Under the pieces are notes generated by a model. It ran no database searches. It was not told the origin of the DNA and was given only the letters and a program-made list of their open reading frames with translations. A DNA stretch of 63,905 nucleotides, the filler included, from Dugesia japonica (Eukaryota): NCBI GenBank assembly GCA_001938525.1. It is 6 parts of 6 records of this genome, joined end to end, with 100 filler letters (N's around TTAATTAATTAA, not from the genome) between each part and the next. Parts side by side here need not be neighbours in the genome. Positions count along the whole stretch, not along the records: positions 1 to 14,080 come from MQRL01518261.1; positions 14,181 to 22,668 come from MQRL01512880.1; positions 22,769 to 32,059 come from MQRL01626238.1; 3 more parts are not named here. The stretch is one strand, 5' to 3'. The position numbers and the translations under genes are program-made. Shown piece after piece: positions 12,791-23,986 of this stretch; position 1 is the first letter of the stretch; each line of letters opens with the position of its first letter.

Positions 12791-13029
12791 TAATTAATAA
12801 TTTCAGCCAATAGAAAACGATTAAAAATAATTATCAATATATTAATTATTTCTATGTACCCTTTATTTATTTTAATCAGTTATCTCAGTTAAAAATGAAA
12901 TAAAAATATGTCAAAAATAGTTCTGATTTTCAAAATAAATAATAATTTGAAGATTTATCTAACAATACTCATTCTTAGAGTCTATCAAGCTAAAATATGC
13001 TGCTCCATTTAGTGTATATAACATTATTT

Positions 13030-13420
13030 AAATATTTGACATAAGAAACGCCTGTATCTCCGTTATCGCGTTCAACCTCCCGAAGTCTGAACATAATATT
13101 ATGTTATTTTTATCCTTCTTCCAAATGCAAACTAATGAAGTGTTCAATGGTGAATTTCATGTCCTAATGATACCATTTTCAAACCAATTCCTGATGATCT
13201 CATCCATTTTACTTTCTAGATTAATAAGCTGTCTATATGGTTTTACATTAATTGGATAACTTTTAGTCACAATTCTATGCTTGACCACATGTGTTCTCCC
13301 AACATCTTTTTTATTTTATACATATCTTTTCCAACCGTAGATCCCAATTCCAAATATCTAGATCCTAAGTAATAATATAAGACAACTTTTTCTAAAGTTC
13401 CTTTCACTAACCTGCTTACT
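13030..13420 (-). mobile_element. Gypsy reverse transcriptase N-terminal fragment
   Basis: Frameshifted VGRTHVVKHRI..YPINVKPYRQ..ENGIIR..SP..LVCIWKKD...LCSDFGRLNAIT. Confidence 0.75.
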
Positions 13421-14124
13421 GAAATTTGCCTCTAAATTACAAAAATATAATACAAAAATTTGTTGGTCAAAAAAATATTAAACTAAAATTCGAAACTCCT
13501 GCGAGAAATGTCGTCCAATCAAATTCGAAATCAAAAATCTTTTCTACAGAAATGTGTCGACAAATCAAATTGCGAAGTTTTCAAAGCACTAAATTTATAG
13601 ACCATTTTTCCGGCAGGGAGTGTTCCGATGCGCACTTATCTACCTACTTGTTTTCTGATGGTGTTCAAATAAAGTATTTTTGTTGGAAAATAATACAGAT
13701 TAACCCGTACACCACCAATATAACCAGTAACAACTGAAAAGAAAAGGAAAGTACCACGATTACAAATAAAAAAAAACAATATAAAATTTTGTTAAGGTAG
13801 GAATGCTGGGATAAATTAATTTGTATTAGAAAACAGTTAAAAATCAAATAATTAGGAGCATAATTAAAAAGAATATATTCTTGCTAGTTGAAACAATTAA
13901 GTAATATATGATAAATGAAAAATTATAATTATAAATTGCAGAAAAGCAGAAAAAACAGAAAATGGCTATCGAAAGTAATTAGAGAGCAAAATACAACAAG
14001 TATTGAATAGAAAAGCAATTATATATTATTTTCCTTAACTTTCAAGCATTAGAACTATCTGATGAGATTCTCTGATCTTTNNNNNNNNNNNNNNNNNNNN
14101 NNNNNNNNNNNNNNNNNNNNNNNN

Positions 14125-14136
14125 TTAATTAATTAA
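14125..14136. other. Artificial scaffold-joining spacer TTAATTAATTAA (also 22713, 32104, 42002, 52609)
   Basis: Identical 12-mer with stops in all six frames, embedded in 44-N runs, five times. Confidence 0.95.
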
Positions 14137-14180
14137 NNNNNNNNNNNNNNNNNNNNNNNNNNNNNNNNNNNNNNNNNNNN

Positions 14181-16889
14181 AAAAAAAAATAGCAACACAC
14201 ATTCCCTTAAATCTGTTGATGACTGTTGTTTCTCGGTGCATGATGGTTGATATTGCTTATGAGTAATCGGCAGGTGTGTCTATTAGAACTATAGAGGCAA
14301 TATCAAAATTTTACCAGTATGAATAAACTGACAATTACTGGGAAGGGAAGGACATGCCAATCTGCACGATTCACAATGCTCGAATTATTTCAGGAATTCA
14401 TTACCCAAGCTTACATCTTTTCCTACATTGCTCTGATGGATTAAGGNNNNNNNNNNNNNNNNNNNNNNNNNNNNNNNNNNNNNNNNNNNNNNNNNNAAAA
14501 ATTGGAATTCTCATATTACTAATAAATGTAGATAAGAATAGCTCGCGAGACGATTATTTGATTTTTATTCAAAAAAAAAAATTATCCAAAGCGCTTGAGC
14601 GAAAAATTCAAGAGTATGTTAGAGTCATCTCAATGAACGAATGCCGCTGTTTTATCATTCCTGGGCACTGACTTGGTCTCATGATCCATTATCTTGGTTA
14701 TAAAATACTCGATGCATGATGGAAATATAATGATGATCGGCNTAATTCCGGAGGTGTGGTGATGTGATTTAATCTACTGTTTATCTACTCATTTTCTATA
14801 CGAATCGAAACGGAATTTAACCACTGGTCTCCTTATTTTGGATGTTGGATATAATTAACAATATTACATCAAAATGACCCATGAATGTTCATTTGACTGT
14901 TTTAAATTTATATTAGATGGATTAATCAAATATGAGGAGTTGGTGATTAGATTATGTTGGTTGTTATTTGAGCAGTTACTGAGGGAGAGAGTTTAATTGA
15001 ATACATTTATATATTTTTCTCTTTCTTAATCAATGATAACATGTAAGTAAATTTATTATAATATAACATATATATTCAAAGTGATAAAAATAAAATAATA
15101 GCTAATTATCAATTCACTTTAACAATAACATGATAACAAACATAACAACAAAAATTACTATTATATCTAGCTGTTGGATACGGAGTAAACTGGTTTGCTC
15201 TGAACGGGTACGATAACAACAATGGTCGGTCCTGTTTGTGGAAGTGATAATTTCGTAGTTCGCTCCTTGGCACTTGACTATATTCTGAAATAGTTCTAAC
15301 AATTAATTTTTCCGTTAGATTATTATACCACTTTGCAACTTAGATAGTTAATTAAACGACGATTCACGTCAATTGAGCTCCTGATNNNNNNNNNNNNNNN
15401 NNNNNNNNNNNNNNNNNNNNNNNNNNNNNNNNNNNATTTGACTGTTTTAAATTTGCATTAGATGGATTAATCAAATATGAGAAGTTAGTGATTAGATTAT
15501 GTTGGTTGTTATTTAAGCAGTTACTGAGGGCGAGGGTTTAATTGAATACATTTATATATTTTTCTTTTTCTTAATCAATGATAACATGTAAGTAAATTTA
15601 TTATAATATAACATATATATTCAAAGTGGTAAAAATAAAATAATAGCTAATTATCAATTCACTTTAACAATAACATGATAACAACATAAACAACAAAAAT
15701 TACTATTATATCTAGCTGTTGGATACGGAGTAAACTGGTTTGCTCTGAACGGGTACGATAGCAACAATGGTCGGTCCTGCTTGTGGAAGTGATAGTTCCG
15801 TAGTTCGCTCCTTGGCACTTGACTATATTTTTGCAACTTAGATAGTTAATTAAACGACGATTCACGTCAATTGAGTTCCTGATAGTTTTCTCGTTGATTG
15901 GTGCTACTAAAGGTAGATAACTTAGAGTTGATTAGGCGTAGCTCTACTGATAGAGTAAAATATTGGTTAATGAATGAATTTTTTTGTCTAAAACCGGGGT
16001 CCTTTTTATACGATTTTCTGGACACCCCTACTGGTTTTATATTTGCCGATATTTTTAGAACGGCTTCTTTTCACGCTCATTGGTGCCAGCGCAGAGTTTT
16101 AGAATTTTTTCGTANNNNNNNNNNNNNNNNNNNNNNNNNNNNNNNNNNNNNNNNNNNNNNNNNNTTCACGTCAATTGAGCTCCTGATAGTTTTCTCGTTG
16201 ATTGGTGCTACTAAAGGTAGATAACTTATAGTTGATTAGGCGTAGCTCTACTGATAGAGTAAGATATTGGTTAATGAATGAATATTTTGTCTAAAACCGG
16301 GGTCCTTTTTATATGATTTTCTGGACACCCCTACTGGTTTTAGATTTGCCGATATTTTTAGAACGGCTTCTTTTCACTCTCATTGGTGCCAGCGCAGAGT
16401 TTTAGAATTTTTTCGTAGATTTTGGTGTCGTGATTGGCAACTATTTTTAGAGCGTCAGGTGAGGTTTTATGTCTTTGTTCTAATTCTTTTTCCTGGCCGC
16501 TCATTGGCCGGATTTTTGAATCCTTGCCATACCCCTCTGGAAGGTGGTAGGGTTTTTCTTTTTTCGGTCTGAATTGCACCGTTTAGTTTTCTTCTGGATT
16601 TTTCTTATTAGGGTCCTTTCTGGTGACCAGGGCCCGAGATATCCGCAGAAAACAGATTTTTATCTAATTTTCGTGAATTTTGTTTTTAAAATTAATTAAT
16701 TTTCCGTCTTAATTAATTATTTCTTTATATTATTTTTCGTATTATTTCTTTTTATTTAATAATTTTTCTTTGATTGCTGGCCCGATTGTTGGTTTATGTT
16801 TCATGTATCTTTTTCCTTTTCTCTTTATTTCTTTTCCCTGGTGGCTTTCCTTTTTATTTCTTTTCCTTTAAGGGTGTTTCACCCCAACA
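14181..16889 (-). mobile_element. Giant LTR-like unit, copy 3 (5' part, cut at scaffold end, with internal duplications)
   Basis: Minus strand starts TGTTGGGGTGAAACACCC at 16889 (identical to 23987); promoter region homologous to 7020-7400 and 24280-24660. Confidence 0.82.
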
Positions 16890-17100
16890 TATTTACAATT
16901 TATTCAATTTTTTTGAAAGTTTATTTAATTACTTTGATAAATTATTTTTCATAATGATTTATTTAATTTGCATATTTACATTTACAAAATCCTTGTTCTC
17001 TTTCATACTTAAAAACAACTAAGTGTTTAGAATATTTATTAAATAAAAATTATAACGTTAATTCATATTATTCATCCAACGTTATTTCAAATTTACACAA

Positions 17101-19800
17101 CTCTCCCATCTTTCAAAACGTTTTCCATCTTTTTAGCCATTCTATTCCTTTGGTTTTCAAACTATTTGGAAGTTTGATTTTTTCTTGATATGCTGTTACA
17201 AATCTCACTATATGTTATGGCCTTTCATATAGCAAACCGTTTTTTTATTGTATGCTTCCACTTGGACTAATAACCACTCTCCCTCTTTAAAGTATCTTTG
17301 TCCTTGCTTATCTTTGTCGAAATTTTCCGTTTTCTGTGCAACCTTCTCCAAATTATGTCGTACTATCTCTTCTTTGTCTGCCCTTCCTCTTAAGAGCGCT
17401 TCCTCTTTGTAAGAAAATTTATCTTTCGACCAAATACAATTTCGAAAGGAGGGAATTTTGTTGATTCTTGTATTGTAGCATAAATACTAAATTCTACTCT
17501 CGATAATAATGTCTCCCGATCTTTCTCATTATATTTCTCTTTTATTGATATCGCAATCATGTACCTCGCTGTTTGGATCATCCATTCTTCCAAACCATTC
17601 GACTGGTGTTAATACGGGGAGCTAAATTCGAAATTTTTCTAGTTTCTTTGTCATCACTTGACTTCCAAACACTTTACTTCTGCCCGTCAGAATGAATTTT
17701 GGTTTACCAAAAAGTTAAAACCATTTGTTCAAAATTATCATAAAAATTGTCTCTTTATCCATTTTTAAAACTGAAGATAAGTTGACTAGTTTGCTAAAAC
17801 GATCAATAATTACCACCATATATATATGTCTTTCCAGACTTCCTCGGTTCCATTTAAGCTACATCCACTACAATTTGTTCTAAAAGAATTTTGNTTCTTT
17901 TGTACTACTTTCCTTTTGGCATACATCTCACATTTATCTATACTTTTATTAATTGTTTCACGCATCCCTGGTCAGAAATAATCATCTTGTACGTATGAAA
18001 ATAACTTTTCCCCCCCTACATGACATAAATTTTCATAAATTTTCTTTATCACTTTATCAACTATGTTTGTCGAAAGCACTAACAAGAATTTATTTCCACT
18101 TTCCACAACTAACAAATCATCCACTATTTTCAATTCGTGCTTCAGTTTAATCCAGTAACTTCTTTGATCACTCTTTTTAGTCTCTAAACCTTCTTATTGC
18201 AACATTGCTACACAATTTTGCATTTTTTAATCTTTTGTCTGAGCCTGTCAAATCATTGTAATTATATCGGTCTCATATTAATTCCATTGATATGTTTCAC
18301 TCTCGCCTTTTCTCCTTTTGCGTTTATGTGTTTAATGCTACATAGTAAACATAAACTCTCCTTTAGCCTCGACAACCCATCCGCATTGTTTTATTTTTCG
18401 CCTTTTCTATACTTGAGTTCAAAAATATACTCTCCCAAAATTTGCCATCTACGTCTGAAATTGTGGACTGATTGGTTTCTTTATGTTGTTTTCAGAAATA
18501 CCAACGCTTTGTGGTCTGTTCTTACTAGAAATCTCTTTCCATACAGATATTGTTTGAATTGTTGTATAAATTCGTGTTTAGTTCTTTCCTTGTCATACAA
18601 TACCCTTTTTCATGAGCTGTCAAATGTCAAGATTCAAATCTATTACCACTTCCTTTTCCTCTTCGCATTGACTAAGGACTGCACCGATAGCCCCAAAACT
18701 AGCGTCAGTGTCTAAAATGAACATCCAATTCTCCTCGAGATATTCTATCACTGGAGCATTAGATAATTTGTCTTGTAGCGCATTAAAACGGTTCTGACAT
18801 GCTTCTGTCCAAACTAATGGTTTGGTGCAACCTAAAGTTGTTCCATATAACGGAGCTACTATCTTTGCAAAATCTTTTATGAAACTCCTGTAGCAGTTTG
18901 CTAGTCCCCAAAATGAACGAAGTTTTGAAGAACCTTCTGAAACTATAGAATTTTTTATCTCCTGAATCTTAACTTCATTAATGTATATACTATTTGCACT
19001 GATTGTATGTCCCAAGAATAAGACTTCTTTCTGATAAAGTTTATTCTTAATCCCGAATCTTTGATCCTGTAAAAGACTGTCTCTAGTATTTTATTGTGAT
19101 CCTCAAAATGTTTTTCCGTAAACCAGAATATTGTCCAGTTATACAATAACTCTTTAAAACTAACTCCTCAAATTATTCGTGCATTAACTTTTGAAAATTT
19201 GGCCGGTGCTGTAGCTAATCCAACAGGCATGCTGTTAAATCTGAATTGACCTTCCTTTGCACTAAAAGCACTGACATCTCTTGACTTTTCTGCTAACTCC
19301 ACTTGGTAATAAGCTTGGCCTAGATCAACCAATGAAAATATTTTCAAGCCAGATAAACAATCTAATAATAACTGAATGTCTGGCATTAAAAAAACATTTT
19401 TTCTATCCTCAAACTCACTTGTCTGTAATCCACGCACATTCTTATCAAGTCGTCCTTTTTACCCACAATCACTAATGGAAAATTCCAAGGACTATTACAC
19501 TTGCTGATTACACCAATCTTTGTTAATTGATTTACCATATCTTTAATTTTCTTTTCTAAATGGATTGGCTGTCTTCTAGGGTGATGTATTATAAAGATCT
19601 CCTTTAACTCTTATTACTTTTTTCGAATGTCCAATATCAAACTTTGAAGTCATGATTATCTTACCAAAATTCTGGAGCAACTGAATCATTTTTCTGTTAT
19701 CAATTCCTTTAATCAATTTCAACGCGTTATTTTTTCTATCTTCATCAGAATGTGTTATTTTCAGACTCTCATTTTTGATGTTATTTACTTCTGTTAATTT
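17101..19800 (-). mobile_element. Decayed Ty3/Gypsy pol (RT, RNase H, integrase) with PPT
   Basis: LVDLGQAYYQVEL, QFRFNSMPVGLATAPAKF, LRSFWGLANCYRSFIKDFA, FILDTDASFGAIGAVLSQ, PPFEIVFGR; RT-RH-IN order; PPT gatgggagag at 17101-17110. Confidence 0.93.
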
Positions 19801-20543
19801 CACTCCAAAACTTTGCATAGTATCAATACCGCCTATATATTATAAGTGGATCTGTCTAACTATTATGACTTTATTTTTTCAGACTTCCTTGTTCCACTGT
19901 ATACTTAATTCTGAAAACTATGATCTGGACACTATAAACGGAATTGAATTGATTAGTAAGGCGTTGAAAAAGAAAAGATCTGGAACACTGAATGACTGGT
20001 TTACAAAAAGCGATTAAAATTTATTGTGTTTAAAGATGTTCACATTTCTATTAACTCTTTCAGGACAACTGGTTACACTCGCTAACCACATATTTAAAAT
20101 TAATTTCAAAAATACCTATTGGTTTCTGGTAAGAAACATACTGTAATATGTGTTGATAATACTGCAGATATAGTGTTTGTACATATTCTAGATTGGTAAC
20201 ACTTATTTAAAGGCTGTTAATAATTTGTATAAATAAAAATTTTTTTAGTAAAATACTTTTAGTTCTGTTCTCAAAGAGTTAATACATATTTCATTTTTAT
20301 ATATTTATACATCCTAATATTTAGATATTTGTTTACTTTTAAGGTACAATTTTATGAAATCGTAAAAAGACTTATCAAAATATTTGTAAAAAGAAGACCT
20401 TTTATATATCTTTAAGGGACAGAAAAATTAATTTTAATATCGCGAATAATTATGAATTCTTTAACTCGCCATTTTGTCTAACCCTCCAATTCTTTTAAAT
20501 TTACGGTTCTTGGTGAGTTATAGAGAATTTTGTTTTTATAACT

Positions 20544-20900
20544 CAGGGCTGTCCAACTTTAGGTAACCCGGGAGCCATTGGCAAATATATTTTTTCCATG
20601 GACCACACTAAAAATATTGCAAGTTAATAGGAGTAAATTATATATATGAAAAATCGATCAATTATTAAGTTTAGCAAGTGTTTTCAGAAAAACTATAAAT
20701 ATTATTTTAGTTTAAAACAAGGTTCAAATACATTTTATTTTAATGAGAATTTTGCCACCGTTTTGTTTTCTTTACTAATATAGAAATGTCAATTTCTATT
20801 TGAATTAGAAACGGGACGTGAGCCGTATTTTTGTCGGCCATGTTATAACTGATGGCGGTTCATAATTTCTTTATTTGACAGAAACCAGTATAAGTATTCA
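20544..20900. mobile_element. hAT (Charlie/SPIN-like) terminal fragment
   Basis: Terminus CAGGGCTGTCCAACTT...GGGAGCCA resembles hAT-Charlie termini; partner end not found. Confidence 0.4.
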
Positions 20901-21520
20901 AAATATTATCGATATAACTGATTTGATAGCATAAACTAGTATTGTTGAATTAGTTACTGTTATGAAAGGTGACGTGACTAATTAATTATATTCTTAATTG
21001 AATTTATCGTTTCCCATGTTACTAAAATATTTTATTATGAAAATTTATATAATAAGTAATTAATTTTTCTTGATATTTCTCAAAGTCATACATAACTTTT
21101 TTAAATAAAAAGTTAATAAATCTGATTTAAATCTTATATTTAAAAGAAAAACAAAATCCATCACATTAAAATCTTGTGAAATGAATTTGCACTTTAAAAC
21201 ACAAGTCAGAAATGTAAATGAGGATTCACGTGTGATATTTTCGAAAAGATTACTCGCTTTGAAAATATTATTAATAAGAATAAACAACATCAAAGTAACC
21301 ATTAAAAAATTATCTATGCATTATCTTTTGATTTTAAAAATAAAAATTGAAATTTTTTAATAAAGATATTAACCCATTTTAGATTGGCACAGAAACTGTT
21401 AAAAGGTGTCCAGATTACATAAAATTCAATATTGTAAATCATATAATTAAAAAGAAAAAAATACGCCACATTAAAACATAACCAAAAGTTTTCAACTCAA
21501 AGACAAAATTTAATTAAACA

Positions 21521-22357
21521 TTAAAAATCCAAATCATCATCCGGATCCTCATCATCTTCATCGTCATATTCATCGGGACAATAACTGATACTAATTCCTT
21601 CACCACCTGAAAGAGCAACCTGTTGTTCTTGCTCACTTTTTAAATACGGTAAAACCAATTTATTTTTAGCCTCTAATTCATTTGGTTTCAAATCGATATT
21701 GAAAGTGGTTATTGGCTGTATTGCAGAAGGTTTAGTGTCGGTTTCACAAGATGTGATATCATTATTATGCTTAATAAACTCGTTAATTGTTAAAAATTTA
21801 TAATTTGCATCTAAAACTACATCAATTGATCCTATTTCGATTTTTGAAGTCAACTGTTTATTAATAAAAAAATCACAAATAAATTTTATATGAACATTAG
21901 CTTGACATTCTGAATGTTTGATATTCAATACCGAAGTTGCATACCGATTAAATGTCGAAAATTCATATTCTGTTATACAATCTTCGTGACACAAAATGAT
22001 CATTGTTGAAATATGTGCAAATTGTGAGATTTTTTTTAATTTCTGTACAATCAATTGCACTGGAAATTTCAACAAAATATGATTGATATCATAAATAAAT
22101 ATATTTGTTTTCTTTTCAGAATCGAAATCTTTTGATATTAAATTATCAAAACTCAGTATTTCCAAATTATGAATATTATTTATGTTTTGATTTTCAGAAA
22201 CGCAAAAATTTTCCCGATGAGGAGCTTTTAAATAATTAGAAACTATTGAGTTAAAAAGATGTATTCCTGAATGTTTGTAGTTATCAAATAGAAATACTAA
22301 TTTTGAGGATTCTAAGCCTTGCAACAGATTTTTGATGGAATTAATATTGAGTTTCAT
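21521..22357 (-). CDS. ELP5: Elongator complex protein 5 (Iki1 family), single exon
   Basis: 278-aa intact ORF ending TTFNIDLKPNELEAKNKLVLPY..ISYCPDEYDDEDDEDPDDDLDF, the characteristic ELP5/Iki1 C-terminus. Confidence 0.88.
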   Translation of the reverse strand: MKLNINSIKNLLQGLESSKLVFLFDNYKHSGIHLFNSIVSNYLKAPHRENFCVSENQNINNIHNLEILSFDNLISKDFDSEKKTNIFIYDINHILLKFPVQLIVQKLKKISQFAHISTMIILCHEDCITEYEFSTFNRYATSVLNIKHSECQANVHIKFICDFFINKQLTSKIEIGSIDVVLDANYKFLTINEFIKHNNDITSCETDTKPSAIQPITTFNIDLKPNELEAKNKLVLPYLKSEQEQQVALSGGEGISISYCPDEYDDEDDEDPDDDLDF

Positions 22358-23184
22358 TATTTCAAATAATCTGAATGATTATTTAAACAACTTAGTTTAG
22401 GTTAATATTAAAATTAATTAAAAGAATTACTTAAACATACCTAAGAAAATACTACAACTGAATATTTTATAAAAAAATTTATCAGATCTATTGAGTTTTT
22501 AAGAATGTATTGTTTTTCATTATGAGAAAGTTATCAAAAATTCACAATTTATGAAAGTATTTAATATCATTTACAATTAAATTTAAATACCATTACACTT
22601 TTTTAACAACAAATAATTTTTATTTCAAAAAATTATTTAACAAGCAAAGGTCAAAGTTGCTGTTTTTTNNNNNNNNNNNNNNNNNNNNNNNNNNNNNNNN
22701 NNNNNNNNNNNNTTAATTAATTAANNNNNNNNNNNNNNNNNNNNNNNNNNNNNNNNNNNNNNNNNNNNAACAATCATGACCCGATTTAATCATTATTATT
22801 AACATAATCATTAAAATTATTTGCATAAAATCAGATCATGTGTTGATTCGAAAATGATTTCTTAACAAAATTTATATTAGCATAACAATGAAATCATGTA
22901 CTTTGAAAATTATTTCTTTANNNNNNNNNNNNNNNNNNNNNNNNNNNNNNNNNNNNNNNAAATTAAAGTATTATCACATGTATAAATAATAAATAATATA
23001 TTATTAATTAATCAAAATAAATTTTGTAAACATGATAAAAAAATATTTTATTATAACAAATAAAGTTATTACACAACATATCATTGATAGTTATACATTA
23101 TTTGCTTGATATCCCATAAAGGGATCATAACGTGGTTATTATTCATTTGTTGAAAACCATTTTAAGCAATCTTGATACTATACT

Positions 23185-23493
23185 TTATTGATTTTGGCAT
23201 CTTTTCCATTTTCGACCAATAACATCCAAAATTGTTATTTTATAACCTGGCAAGTAAAGATGATTTTGTATCGAATCAATAGATTTTTCCTCAAAATCTA
23301 AATTGACATTTAACTGTTTCATTGCTTGTCGCATTTTATCCAAATCACATTTACTCATATTTTTTATTGTATAAAAATGTTGTGATTTTTTAATTTCTAC
23401 ACTGTCTTCAATATTTACAATAATCGGTTCATCCAACAACTGGAAACGATAAGTTTTATATTTCCGTATAGTAGAATTATGATTTTGTTCCAT
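23185..23493 (-). CDS. Hypothetical intronless protein downstream of the TBP-like gene
   Basis: 102-aa ORF ~90 bp after the TBP-like stop on the same strand; no recognisable motif. Confidence 0.4.
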   Translation of the reverse strand: MEQNHNSTIRKYKTYRFQLLDEPIIVNIEDSVEIKKSQHFYTIKNMSKCDLDKMRQAMKQLNVNLDFEEKSIDSIQNHLYLPGYKITILDVIGRKWKRCQNQ

Positions 23494-23581
23494 TGGATGT
23501 TGTTGTTGTTGAAGTTTTAAGACTATAATAATAATATAAAAAGAAATTTATACAGATATATACATGATATTTTCTTATTAA

Positions 23582-23986
23582 TTAATTTGATTGATTTAAA
23601 CAATTCAAAACATATTTTGTAATTTCATTAATTATTTCTTGATAATCCAGTGATTTTAGACCGAGTATCACAACGTTTAAATTTGAAAAAACATTAACAC
23701 ATAATGGTTTGTATTTACTGAGGCGTAATGCGGTAAATATATTCTGGTTCGAAAAAGCCTCCTAGTAAATTGTTCAATTTATTTAAATTCACAGATTGAT
23801 CAAGATGATATTTTACAGTAATAGATTGAATGCAGTCTATCTGGATTTTGAGAAATGGATTTTCACAATTAGTTTGCTCTAAACCAATTGGTTTCTTGCA
23901 ACCCATGATTCTACATTTACCTGATTCAAATATAATTACTGAAAAGTCTTCCATTCTTAGGACATATTGTCGAGGTTTCTTCCAAG
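23582..23986 (-). pseudogene. Divergent TATA-binding-protein-like gene, 1-nt frameshift, 5' end cut by giant LTR copy 2
   Basis: Repeat 1 KPRQYVLRMEDFSVIIFESGKCRIMGCK; removing one base after FFEPE gives IFTALRLSKYKPLCVNVFSNLNVVILGLKSLDYQEIINEITKYVL, matching TBP repeat 2 (YEPELFPGL..LLIFVSGKVVLTGAK). Confidence 0.75.

Noticed and set aside
14081-14180. Recurring TTAATTAATTAA palindrome as a biological repeat or CRISPR-like element
   Set aside because: Always centred in 44-N runs with stops in six frames; it is a concatenation linker.
18197-18715. Antisense ORFs over pol, gag and cassette genes (18197, 29319, 10433, 27068, 32485, 38576)
   Set aside because: Shadow ORFs opposite recognisable coding sequence.
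16890-19800. Giant LTR copy 3 as the 3' LTR of the adjacent Gypsy pol
   Set aside because: The PPT at 17101-17110 is followed by a different terminus ~200 bp before copy 3 starts, so copy 3 is a separate insertion.
21521-23986. Functional linkage of ELP5 with the TBP-like gene
   Set aside because: They are separated by the artificial spacer at 22713 and lie on different scaffolds.
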